A stretch of 64,000 bases of DNA from assembly GCA_000146045.2 (NCBI GenBank), contig BK006949.2, positions 32,001 through 96,000 on the forward strand, in the 5' to 3' direction. Shown piece by piece: positions 44,555 through 56,516 of the stretch. Source of the stretch: TPA_inf: Saccharomyces. Taxonomy: Eukaryota. Position numbers and translations under genes: made by a program. Positions within the stretch are counted from its first letter, which is position 1. The number at the start of each line of letters is the position of its first letter. The notes below the pieces were generated by a model. The model saw only the letters and a list, made by a program, of their open reading frames with translations, was not told the DNA's origin and did no database searches.

Positions 44555-44668
44555 AAAATACAGTCAAAAAAAAAACAACAACAACAACATTGTCTAAACG
44601 AGTCGTGATGCATTTTTTAACACAAATTGGAGAGGCACACAATGTGCACACAGCGCAAAACTATACAT

Positions 44669-47353
44669 CTATTTAAAAACTTTTTTAAAACCAGTCCAGC
44701 CTTTCCTCCCTTTAGCCTTAGAATCTCGTTCCAATAACGATGCCGTGGACACTTGCTCCTTATTGATGTTAATCAACTCATCGATTTCCGCTTGCAGTTC
44801 AGTGATTCTTTCCTCTAATTGGCCGTTCTCCCTCATCACCTCATTGTTCCTGGATATGGTCCTTTCCAAGTCTTCTCTCAGATCTGCCTTTGGTAGTGAC
44901 GCGTCCGGGTTCGGTAAATTTTGCTTGCGAATCTCTTCCTCAATTTGGCTTTTGATATCAGTGATTGTATTTATCAGGTCGTTTTTTTCATCCAACAGCA
45001 TCTCCATATTCAATCTGTTCTGAATCAGCTCGTTAGCGGCGCTGATATTCTCTTTGTTCAAAATTGAATAGTCGTGTTCTAGCTTCTGCGCCTCTCTTTG
45101 TAGTTGGTGGTTTTGAATTCTTAGTGATTCGTAGTGGTCCTCTTTTTTTTGCTCTTTTTCATGGATTTCTACGTACTCTCCCCTGTATCTTCTTAATGTT
45201 AATGGTGTGATATATACACCTGTCATTGCATCATGAACGAAAAGATCGACATTGTAGGAAAAAGTGCCGTCATCATTGCCCTTAAATGAGTTCCCATTTG
45301 ACAATCCCATTTGCACTACAGAAGCGTCATCCTGGTTTCCCATTAAATAGTAATTGAAGAGTTCGTCCTTTAAAAAATCCAATAGTTCATCGAATCTCAA
45401 TTTTACTAAAGTTTCTTCATTCTTTAACATTAAATTTACAGCAAACTTCAAAAGCACTTCAATACCCTCTACGAATACAATATCAAAAATTCTTAACACA
45501 AACTCTAACGGAAACTTGTATGCGAAAAATGTCAAAAACCATTGTGTAGCGTACATTGTGGAGCTAATTCCCTCACGGATCAAGCGATTGTACAAAGAAG
45601 GTGAATGCTCCTCTAATAATCTATCAAATTGATAAAGCATTAACATCAGCCCAGGCATTCCTGGTAAGAAAAGCTCTCTTAATCCATAATTCTTCATTAA
45701 TCCAACGAGTAGTCCAAAAGATTCGGCCTCGTTTTCACAGTTTATTAATAGCGGCGCTGCAATGAACCCCATGCCTTGCGTGTACCCAACATCTGGATCA
45801 TAAACAGAATACACCTTTATTACCTTGTATAGTGACTCCATTTTGTCCTCGGCCACAAACTTCGTTCTCCTTAAATCTCTACGTATTGTTGCTTCATGAA
45901 GACATTCGGTATCCAATAGAGTTTCATATATATCTTCCATTTCTCTTGATTTGGAATTCGCCATCAGCTGCCAAATGATACCTCGAATTTGTGGTGGTAT
46001 CCCATTGGTAACATGGGCTTCTAAATTTTCTGGTTCGTTGCTTGCCACTGTAGCATAATCATTAACTACTTGAGTCCAGAAGGACCAATCAATTTTAAAC
46101 ATTTCTCTATCTTCTTCATTAACATTCTCCACTTCGTTATACTCGGACAAGTTCTCCAGAAATGACGTAAATGTCGATTTTAAAAAGCTTTGACCTTCCT
46201 GCAACGACTCTCTAGTTTCTTCCCCCTCTTTATTCAAATGGTGACTGGTCTTGCGGTAACGACTAGCGATCAAATTAATTTCTGCAGTGGACTCTAATTG
46301 CGCAGTTTTGGAACCAGTGAGAGGAACATGATGATAACTATTTCTTTTAGTTTCTTCGAAGTTTTTACGGAACTTCTCTGACTTCATTTCTTCCTCTAGT
46401 GGCGGTGGAACAGCATTCTTCGTCTTCGGTGGTTGTTCCCTTTGTTTGCCCCTTGGAGGTAATTTTGGTGACGTTGATGTCGCAACATTTTGTCTAGGTG
46501 GTAATGGTGGCGAAGATGTAGTGGGAATTGCGGAAACCTCGTTCTCGCTTGAGTTATCACCTTTTTCATTTATGATTTGTGTGGGTATAGGTGGTACTTT
46601 CCTAGCAGTTTCTGAGGAAAGATTCTCTGCTGTTACGGGCCCATCTTCTATAGCAGCTTTTTGTTCCTTGTTTTCATTCAAGTTTATTCCTGCGGCTACC
46701 TCATTGGTAATATGAATCTGGTTATTATCATTTTCTGACGACCTTTCTGGGGTTACTTCACTACTTATAGAAATGTCGTTCGCATTTGCAGCTGTCGTAG
46801 TACCAGATTCGTCATCGAGAAATTTACTCGAGGATGATTTCTCACCTCCAGAATTTTTTCCAGTTACTTCCCTATTTTCTGGACTACTAACAACCTCTTT
46901 CGTATCAGCGTAAACCTTCTCATTCTCTTTGACTGCATCATATTCTTTTTCAATATTCAGCCCATTTGGGGCTTGCACATCCGTTGTCACATCTTTTTCA
47001 ACATCCAATGGCTCATTTAAATCAATTTCAGAACTAGGTTCTCTCGTTTCTTGCCTTTGTTCATTAACGTTTTGTTCAGTGATTTGGGTGTCTTCATCAC
47101 CAGAGATCCCAATAGGTTCTTCTCTTGATACATTTGTGGGTGCTTCATGGCCTAAACTTTGTTGCTTGTCATTTAGTTCTTTGTCCGAATGGAGGGGCTC
47201 AGTTGGAATTATAGCTATCTCTTCATATTGGTCTGATGGCGTTGATTTTATCTCTTCCTCCATTGAACCCAAATTATTCGAATGATTATCACCTTCGTGA
47301 ACTTCAGAGGCGATCGTATCTGTATTTTTCTCAATAGATTTGTCTGAAGACAT
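44669..47353 (-). CDS. GYP5: Rab GTPase-activating protein with TBC domain (894 aa)
   Basis: TBC arginine finger IRRDLRRT and glutamine finger YTQGMGF; long S/E/N-rich N-terminal half; C-terminal coiled coil; ATG revcomp at 47351-47353. Confidence 0.93.
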   Translation of the reverse strand: MSSDKSIEKNTDTIASEVHEGDNHSNNLGSMEEEIKSTPSDQYEEIAIIPTEPLHSDKELNDKQQSLGHEAPTNVSREEPIGISGDEDTQITEQNVNEQRQETREPSSEIDLNEPLDVEKDVTTDVQAPNGLNIEKEYDAVKENEKVYADTKEVVSSPENREVTGKNSGGEKSSSSKFLDDESGTTTAANANDISISSEVTPERSSENDNNQIHITNEVAAGINLNENKEQKAAIEDGPVTAENLSSETARKVPPIPTQIINEKGDNSSENEVSAIPTTSSPPLPPRQNVATSTSPKLPPRGKQREQPPKTKNAVPPPLEEEMKSEKFRKNFEETKRNSYHHVPLTGSKTAQLESTAEINLIASRYRKTSHHLNKEGEETRESLQEGQSFLKSTFTSFLENLSEYNEVENVNEEDREMFKIDWSFWTQVVNDYATVASNEPENLEAHVTNGIPPQIRGIIWQLMANSKSREMEDIYETLLDTECLHEATIRRDLRRTKFVAEDKMESLYKVIKVYSVYDPDVGYTQGMGFIAAPLLINCENEAESFGLLVGLMKNYGLRELFLPGMPGLMLMLYQFDRLLEEHSPSLYNRLIREGISSTMYATQWFLTFFAYKFPLEFVLRIFDIVFVEGIEVLLKFAVNLMLKNEETLVKLRFDELLDFLKDELFNYYLMGNQDDASVVQMGLSNGNSFKGNDDGTFSYNVDLFVHDAMTGVYITPLTLRRYRGEYVEIHEKEQKKEDHYESLRIQNHQLQREAQKLEHDYSILNKENISAANELIQNRLNMEMLLDEKNDLINTITDIKSQIEEEIRKQNLPNPDASLPKADLREDLERTISRNNEVMRENGQLEERITELQAEIDELININKEQVSTASLLERDSKAKGRKGWTGFKKVFK

Positions 47354-47710
47354 TGCTCTATTAACGTTCTACTTTACACTGGTGGTAGGAGCTGTTTTAT
47401 TTTGAGTATTAACTAATCAATCTCAATTACGTTCGATCCAAACCCTTTTTTTTCGTTATATGAGCGAAGCTTCTGAATAAGCCCTCGTAATATATTTTCA
47501 TGAAGAATTTAGGTCCAAAAAAAAGATGGGCATTAATTCTAGTCATTTAAAAAATTCTATAGATCAGAGGTTACATGGCCAAGATTGAAACTTAGAGGAG
47601 TATAGTTACATAAAAGAAGGCAAAACGATGTATAAATGAAAGAAATTGAGATGGTGCACGATGCACAGTTGAAGTGAACTTGCGGGGTTTTTCAGTATCT
47701 ACGATTCATT

Positions 47711-50359
<2,649 letters not shown>

Positions 50360-50433
50360 TCAGGAGGCTTGCTTCTCTGTCCTCTCTTAAAATGATGGCG
50401 TGCATTACGTAGACACAATCTGGAGATGAAGCT

Positions 50434-50445
50434 GAAAATCTGGGG
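50434..50445 (+). promoter_or_regulatory. Candidate Mig1 site (AT-rich GAAAAT followed by GC box CTGGGG) about 80-90 bp upstream of the GAL4 ATG
   Basis: Fits the (A/T-rich)-(G/C)(C/T)GGGG Mig1 pattern. GAL4 is known to be glucose-repressed via Mig1; the exact site identity is recalled, not verified. Confidence 0.4.
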
Positions 50446-50624
50446 AAGGATGACGGAAAAAATAGCTCATAAAACAGAAAAAGGCCCGAAGTAACAATAG
50501 GAAAAATTAATTGCACTAAACAAAGAAAACGATATTATGGTGATTAAACTGATACAGAATTATGTAAATACTTTGAAATTATAGAAGGTTTGTAGAATAA
50601 AAAAAATACTGGGCGAATGCTGTC

Positions 50625-52196
50625 TCAAAGGACGCGGACGTTTTGAAACTTCTTGCCGCTCACGCACCCAAACCAATCGCCCCTCTGGGGCCTCCATGCA
50701 ATGTTGTTTATCTCTTGTGTTTTATTGGCATACATCATGTTAGGAGTCTCTAGTGTCTTGCACACCTGCTTGCTGTTGTTGTTTAAACTTAAGGGATCCT
50801 CGTTTAAACCGGATCCTGCGCCACCGTCTGTCATCTCTGTGTCGCCGTCAGGGTCCTCCAAGGAAGTTCCATGAATACTGGGGGATTTGCTACCTGCAGC
50901 GTTAATTTCCATAAAGGAGCTGTTCAAGTCCCAATAGAGCACCTGGCAGTCATCTCCGCACGAGAGCAAAACATTGCGCTTTGTGGGATGCCATTTAATC
51001 CCGTTTACCGAAGAACCGTGGCCTTGTAAGTTTAGTATAGGGGATTCTGGGTTCCTCATATCTAGAATAATGATTTTGTTCGAGTCAGCTGCAAAAGTGG
51101 CCAACACATTTGGGTCATACGGTGATGGCTCCAGCCTCAATAAGGCGTCCGAACCTTTCGACGACGGTGTTATAGTACCCGCAGTGGCTCCAGACACTGA
51201 GGAAGAGGGAGGCTCGTAAATAATTGTACTGTGCGCAAGCGATCTTAAATCAAATACTCGTACACTACCGTCCCCACCACAACTAGCAAATAATTGGGTC
51301 GATTTTGTCAAAAACCTTACATCAAAAACTTCGCTGTCGTGAGCGATCAATTGGGTCTTAACGTAGTGACTGCTTTGCAGATCCCATACAATGCATGTGG
51401 TGTCGATGGAACTTGAGATTATCAAGTTAGTATCGACCGTGTTCCAGTCAAATGATGTTATTGGTGGGAAAGTGCCTATGACCTTCATGTCATCTGCGGC
51501 CGCGGGATTGGCGGGGTGCTGTCTATTGTATTTACACAGAGATAGATTTATTTGTTCTTGGAACTGTCTTTCCTCAGGGCTAACGCTCCAAATCCGTAAG
51601 GAGTCAGAACACGTCGCGAGTTTCCTTGGATACAATTGAGAGGGGACCCATTGGATTTTGCTCACAGGATAAACCACATCTGCGTCCACTACGCTTTCCC
51701 AGCTCAGTAGATCATTAGAGTGCAGAACCTGCAACTTATTTCTGCTGTCCTCTTTGTACGAACCCAAGCAGACGTAGTCGTCGGCGCTCCAATCGAGCCC
51801 AAAGAGTGGATAGTGTGATTGATATTCGCACACGGAGGCCATGGAAGGGTTCATCAGATTGCTTACAACCGGAATATTTGCAGCATAGCCCCTCGCCTGC
51901 TGTAACTGAGAATGATTTGGTGAAAAAACTGGTGGCGAGAAATCTAACGGTGAATACATCGGCGATCGACTTGCATAGTACGTGGCACTTAGGTCACAGC
52001 CACTATTCCTTTTGCTGTTACCGCCATTGGTAGTGTTGCCAGACATTCCAAAGGGAGATGGGCCTCTACCTTGATCTTGTGCCGCCGAGGAAGGCCCATT
52101 AGTACCACTCAAGTAATTGTTCTTGTTATATGGCTGCCGCTGCGATGAGCCAAACGATATTGAGCTCCTTTTATTGCCATTGTGAAAGGGATCCAT
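50625..52196 (-). CDS. YPL247C: Uncharacterised WD40-repeat protein (DCAF7/HAN11-like), 523 aa
   Basis: Multiple WD repeats in the C-terminal two-thirds (e.g. ...IAHDSEVFDVRF, ...GHGSSVNGIKWHP); N/S/G-rich N-terminus; ATG revcomp at 52194-52196. Confidence 0.85.
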   Translation of the reverse strand: MDPFHNGNKRSSISFGSSQRQPYNKNNYLSGTNGPSSAAQDQGRGPSPFGMSGNTTNGGNSKRNSGCDLSATYYASRSPMYSPLDFSPPVFSPNHSQLQQARGYAANIPVVSNLMNPSMASVCEYQSHYPLFGLDWSADDYVCLGSYKEDSRNKLQVLHSNDLLSWESVVDADVVYPVSKIQWVPSQLYPRKLATCSDSLRIWSVSPEERQFQEQINLSLCKYNRQHPANPAAADDMKVIGTFPPITSFDWNTVDTNLIISSSIDTTCIVWDLQSSHYVKTQLIAHDSEVFDVRFLTKSTQLFASCGGDGSVRVFDLRSLAHSTIIYEPPSSSVSGATAGTITPSSKGSDALLRLEPSPYDPNVLATFAADSNKIIILDMRNPESPILNLQGHGSSVNGIKWHPTKRNVLLSCGDDCQVLYWDLNSSFMEINAAGSKSPSIHGTSLEDPDGDTEMTDGGAGSGLNEDPLSLNNNSKQVCKTLETPNMMYANKTQEINNIAWRPQRGDWFGCVSGKKFQNVRVL

Positions 52197-52508
52197 TTGA
52201 AGGGCGTGTATTTGCTCCTATAATTCCTTTCCTTCTTGTTGTCTGTTGACCCTTTAGGTTGTATGCCACTCTCGAAAACCTAAAGAACTGATTACTAAAT
52301 TATTTATACAAGATTTCAGATGACAAGATGGTTCACCCCTTGCCCCTGGTCTTCCTCCCAGTAATTATTCATATTCCATTTTTTTTCATAAACGCACGCT
52401 AAGGAAAAAGAAGAGACTGAAAATTCTTGCATATTAGAATATAAAATGATATATACTACATTTATATACATCCTTAAACTGTGAAAGAAAGAATAGCGAT
52501 ACAAATGT

Positions 52509-53297
52509 CTAGGCAGTCCCTAGGACAGTGCCGGAGTTGTCATTGTGGAGAGGCAATGGTGTTTCTGTGGACATTAACGGTTCGTAATCTTTAGTTCTGT
52601 CGATATCCTCATCTCTGTAATACTTAATTCCCCAAGGTATTAATCGAATTAAACCGTCTAAACTTTTTTCGATTTTGGTGATGATCCATCCTGGTGGAGT
52701 GATCTTGTTAAACCACGATTCCTTGTAGCCTATGGCGTAACCGACACATAAGCCGAAAAAATGACCCCAGAAACTGGAGCCAGGTATAACGACGGCAATT
52801 GCGACTAATAGTACTAGGGGTGTATATAATGTCGGAATTGAGTAGTCTGTGCGAAAGATCCTTGTTCTAGGGCGGATCTGTGATTCTTTAAAACTATAGT
52901 ATGCGAATAAGGTGAAACACCACCCACTGGCGCCTGCAACTAATGCTTCTGGATATAGCAACTTACCCAACAAACAGTACAGAATTCCGGCAAATAGAGC
53001 ACTCAGGTTCAAAAAAACACCTGTGTACACAGTCCCATGCGTTTCTTCGAAGAGATTCAAGGGTGCCCAGATGGCTAGCACATTGAACAGTAAATGAGGC
53101 AATGATAGGTGAATTAAAGGATAAAGCGATAGCCTGCTCATTTGCAGTTTGAACAATGACTCTGGCGCCAACGACAGGTCTTCCCTTAGGGCAAAAATAA
53201 AACTTAACAGGTAAATAGCGGTTAGAAATACCACAAGGCCTGTGGTCAACGCAGCTGGTGGATGACCACCGGGAAAAACGTACGACTTCCAATTCAT
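52509..53297 (-). CDS. RBD2: Rhomboid-family intramembrane serine protease homologue (262 aa)
   Basis: Track start 53315 is a GTG; the ATG is revcomp CAT at 53295-53297 (MNWKSYVFPGG...). Rhomboid GxSG motif (AGASGW) and a downstream His in a TM helix (GHFFGLCVGY). Confidence 0.85.
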   Translation of the reverse strand: MNWKSYVFPGGHPPAALTTGLVVFLTAIYLLSFIFALREDLSLAPESLFKLQMSRLSLYPLIHLSLPHLLFNVLAIWAPLNLFEETHGTVYTGVFLNLSALFAGILYCLLGKLLYPEALVAGASGWCFTLFAYYSFKESQIRPRTRIFRTDYSIPTLYTPLVLLVAIAVVIPGSSFWGHFFGLCVGYAIGYKESWFNKITPPGWIITKIEKSLDGLIRLIPWGIKYYRDEDIDRTKDYEPLMSTETPLPLHNDNSGTVLGTA

Positions 53298-53585
53298 AGC
53301 ACGACCAAATAGCACAACCTAACAACCAGAGTGAATTGCTGTTCTCAGTGCTTCCAATTAAGCCTTTCCCATCCCCCTATTCTTCTTGTATCGATGCAGT
53401 TCAAAAAAAAAAAAAAAAAGAGGCTTTAGATCTCAAAGGGCCGAAAAAAGTGAAAAATTTTCTCGAGAAATCATAAAAGCAGCCATCGCCATATATAAAC
53501 AATCTATGCATATGTATGCAGCATGGCATCGCATCTTTCTTGGCGACCCGGTAGTAGCATTTAACTTCCATTAGAACCATATAAA

Positions 53586-54950
53586 ATGCATGGGCCTACT
53601 TCAAAAGCTATTTCCCGCAATGTGAGAAGCGTGAAGAGACCAAGAAGAGCACCTAGGCCCGTGGTCTCCACGCAGGCTATGAACAAGTTGTCTAACGTAA
53701 CACTCTCTGCTGAACAAGAAAAGTTGAGAGAGCGCGTTTTGTCGTTCATGCGTTCCAACTTATCTCAGTACAAGTCTGACTGGAAACATCCGGCCATGTT
53801 TGTAATCCAAGGGGACGCAGGTACAGGCAAGTCTGTGATTCTAAACTCCTTGTTCAATGAAATTCAGAAACTATCCCAGTTCTCACCTTCTTCTGAAGAT
53901 ATCTTACATGGGACACATAATTATCTGGTAGTCAACCATCCCGAGATGTTAAAGTTATATATCCGGATTAGTGACAGTTTCAAATATATTTCTAAATCGT
54001 CACTAGAACGGCCCACTTCGTTGATCAACAATCTACAGAAGAGAAAAGTCATGGCCGATGTAGTCATTGTAGATGAAGCACATTTGTTGGCCACTTCTAA
54101 GGATGCTTTCAAAAGATTTTATGGCGAAAACCATCTCAAAGACTTAATGTCCCTTTGTAAAGTGCTTGTATTGGTTTACGATGATAAGCAAGCTTTAAGA
54201 ATGGGTTCCTATTGGGATGAAGGTTCTAATAACGGTGCCACTTTAAAGGACTTTTACAACGAGATTCCACCAAAATCCAGAGACTGGTACACTTTAAAAC
54301 AGCAGTTTAGGGTTGCTGCCCCACAAAACGTGTTGAACTGGATTGACCAAATTAGTGTCGCAGGTAAAATCCCACCAATTGAATCTGTGCTATCTAAGGG
54401 CAATGCAGATTGTGCTGACGATAAAATTAAGAATTTTGATTTCAAAATTTGGGATGATTGTGGCGCCATGTACGAGGCAATCAAGGAGAAAGACCGTCAA
54501 TACGGCCAATGTAGGATGCTATCTACTTACGATTTTCCCTATCGCTTGGACGGAAAAGACTATTACGTTGAATGTGGTGACAATTTCAAAGTTCGCTGGG
54601 ATCGCTATACTCCACGTGAAGTGACGCCTTGGAGTGAGCGTTGCGACACGATTGATGAGGTAGGTAGTGTGTATACTATCCAAGGGTTTGATCTGAATTA
54701 TGCTGGTGTAATTTTGGGCCGTTCCATTGGGTATGATGCGGCTAATGACTGCATCAAACTAAGACCAGAGCTGTATGACGATAGGGCCGGTTTCACCAAA
54801 AAGAAAAACATTCACAATGCAGAGGACGTTAAGCAAAAGATTATTATGAATAGCATTAATGTCCTCTTAACTCGTGGCGTGCGTGGTCTGTATGTTTATG
54901 CATACGATCCTGAATTAAGAGAGAGACTGCTTCGTCCATCAAAAAAATAG
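53586..54950 (+). CDS. YPL245W: Uncharacterised P-loop NTPase with Walker A GDAGTGKS and Walker B/DEAH motif VVIVDEAHLL (DUF2075-like), 454 aa
   Basis: ATG at 53586; motifs read directly from the translation; synteny between RBD2 and HUT1. Confidence 0.85.
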   Translation: MHGPTSKAISRNVRSVKRPRRAPRPVVSTQAMNKLSNVTLSAEQEKLRERVLSFMRSNLSQYKSDWKHPAMFVIQGDAGTGKSVILNSLFNEIQKLSQFSPSSEDILHGTHNYLVVNHPEMLKLYIRISDSFKYISKSSLERPTSLINNLQKRKVMADVVIVDEAHLLATSKDAFKRFYGENHLKDLMSLCKVLVLVYDDKQALRMGSYWDEGSNNGATLKDFYNEIPPKSRDWYTLKQQFRVAAPQNVLNWIDQISVAGKIPPIESVLSKGNADCADDKIKNFDFKIWDDCGAMYEAIKEKDRQYGQCRMLSTYDFPYRLDGKDYYVECGDNFKVRWDRYTPREVTPWSERCDTIDEVGSVYTIQGFDLNYAGVILGRSIGYDAANDCIKLRPELYDDRAGFTKKKNIHNAEDVKQKIIMNSINVLLTRGVRGLYVYAYDPELRERLLRPSKK

Positions 54951-55013
54951 GAAGTACATAGTATAGACAAATTTTATAAATATTAACTTTTATTTGTTGC
55001 GATCTTCACTAAT

Positions 55014-56033
55014 CTACGCAGATTTTGCCTTCGGTATATTAGCCTTCTTCTTGTTGAGTGCTTCCCAAGTGATTCCACCAAATACTATAAACATCCCCAC
55101 CCATTGCTGGAAACGTACACTCTTACCGAAGACAATAATACTCAAAATCATCGAGACCATTTTCCTGGTGACTGTTATCATGATCAAAACTAAAGAGCCA
55201 AATTGTTCTAGAGTATAGAAAATAAAGCATTGTCCCATAGCGCCACAGAACGAATAAAGCATTAAATAGCCCCACACTTGTGGGTCCATCGTCAATACAG
55301 AAACGGCATTATCCCATTGTTTGCAGTCGATCACAATAAAATACAAAATATTCCACAATATCACGAAGAGGTTCAGTGTAAACATCAAGTGTGCACCTGT
55401 TATCAAAGTTTGTTTTCCCTTTTCTTTGGCCTTATTGGCCTTTAGTAGCTTATCTTGGGTGGCGTTGGTCAATCCATCAAGGAATAAACTAGAGAAAAGT
55501 AGTCCAAACCCTTGTAATTTGTTATCATTTCCGCTCTCATTAAAGGATCTCTTCAACTTTTTACCATCGTTGCCACCTATAGTGAAAATAGTGACACCGA
55601 GACTTACCAAGAGAGCTACAACTTTTTTTTGGCTTGCTATGGGCGTCCTATACAAAAGCAAATGCACCAACAACACGGGGATCATCTTGCATGACTTTGC
55701 TAACATGTAAGTGAGATAATCCACGTGCTTTAAAGAAGTTGTAGCCAGCGGGCCTGAACTACTCTGTGTAAATGATATCAACATCAATTGTTTCCAATGA
55801 TCTTTAATCATTTTTCTGGGCGGATATTCCACCTTCTTCCAGTTTAAGTACAGGTAGCCCATCATCATTGCCACAGAAGCTTGTATGAGGGATATTACAT
55901 TAGGGAATTGAAACTTTCCCATGGAGTTTGGCCAGGTTCTTGTAGCCAAAGGCTCCTGTACTAATGCCCACGTCAAAAAAGTAGCATATATACCAATCGC
56001 ACAGATCACCAAACTGGATGTACTTCCCGCCAT
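55014..56033 (-). CDS. HUT1: Nucleotide-sugar (UDP-galactose-type) transporter homologue, ER/Golgi multi-pass membrane protein (339 aa)
   Basis: About 10 TM segments; C-terminal KKxx-like di-lysine tail; ATG revcomp at 56031-56033. Confidence 0.88.
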   Translation of the reverse strand: MAGSTSSLVICAIGIYATFLTWALVQEPLATRTWPNSMGKFQFPNVISLIQASVAMMMGYLYLNWKKVEYPPRKMIKDHWKQLMLISFTQSSSGPLATTSLKHVDYLTYMLAKSCKMIPVLLVHLLLYRTPIASQKKVVALLVSLGVTIFTIGGNDGKKLKRSFNESGNDNKLQGFGLLFSSLFLDGLTNATQDKLLKANKAKEKGKQTLITGAHLMFTLNLFVILWNILYFIVIDCKQWDNAVSVLTMDPQVWGYLMLYSFCGAMGQCFIFYTLEQFGSLVLIMITVTRKMVSMILSIIVFGKSVRFQQWVGMFIVFGGITWEALNKKKANIPKAKSA

Positions 56034-56516
56034 ACAAATATACGAATACTGCCTTGTTTACTTCTTCTTGTTACGTTGTAATTCTGGTTCTAATTACATT
56101 GCTGTCATTTTTTCATGTTCGATGGGATCTACAAAACAACCTTTAGAAGCGATCTCAGGGAAGCTTTGGAAGAGAAACAGCTGATGATTCTGGCATTCCA
56201 CAAACTACAACAACGAACCAAACGACATATTCCATTGCAGTGATTTGATTGGGAGTAAGCTTTTATAAACGAGCAGACCAATATGATTTACGTAGTATTT
56301 CGTTGTCTTTACCACATCGTTGTTCGTGATAAGTTCTGAAAATTTTTTTTGGAGTATATTTGCTAGAGTTAATCCAACAATATTAGCATAAACGAGCAGC
56401 TGGAGACTAGGTTATTTGAATTATTTGAGCATCAAAGTGATCAATTGTATTATATTACAGTGTAATTTTCTTTTTTTCCATATTGAATCAAAAACTAGCC
56501 ACGCTTGAAACTAAAG

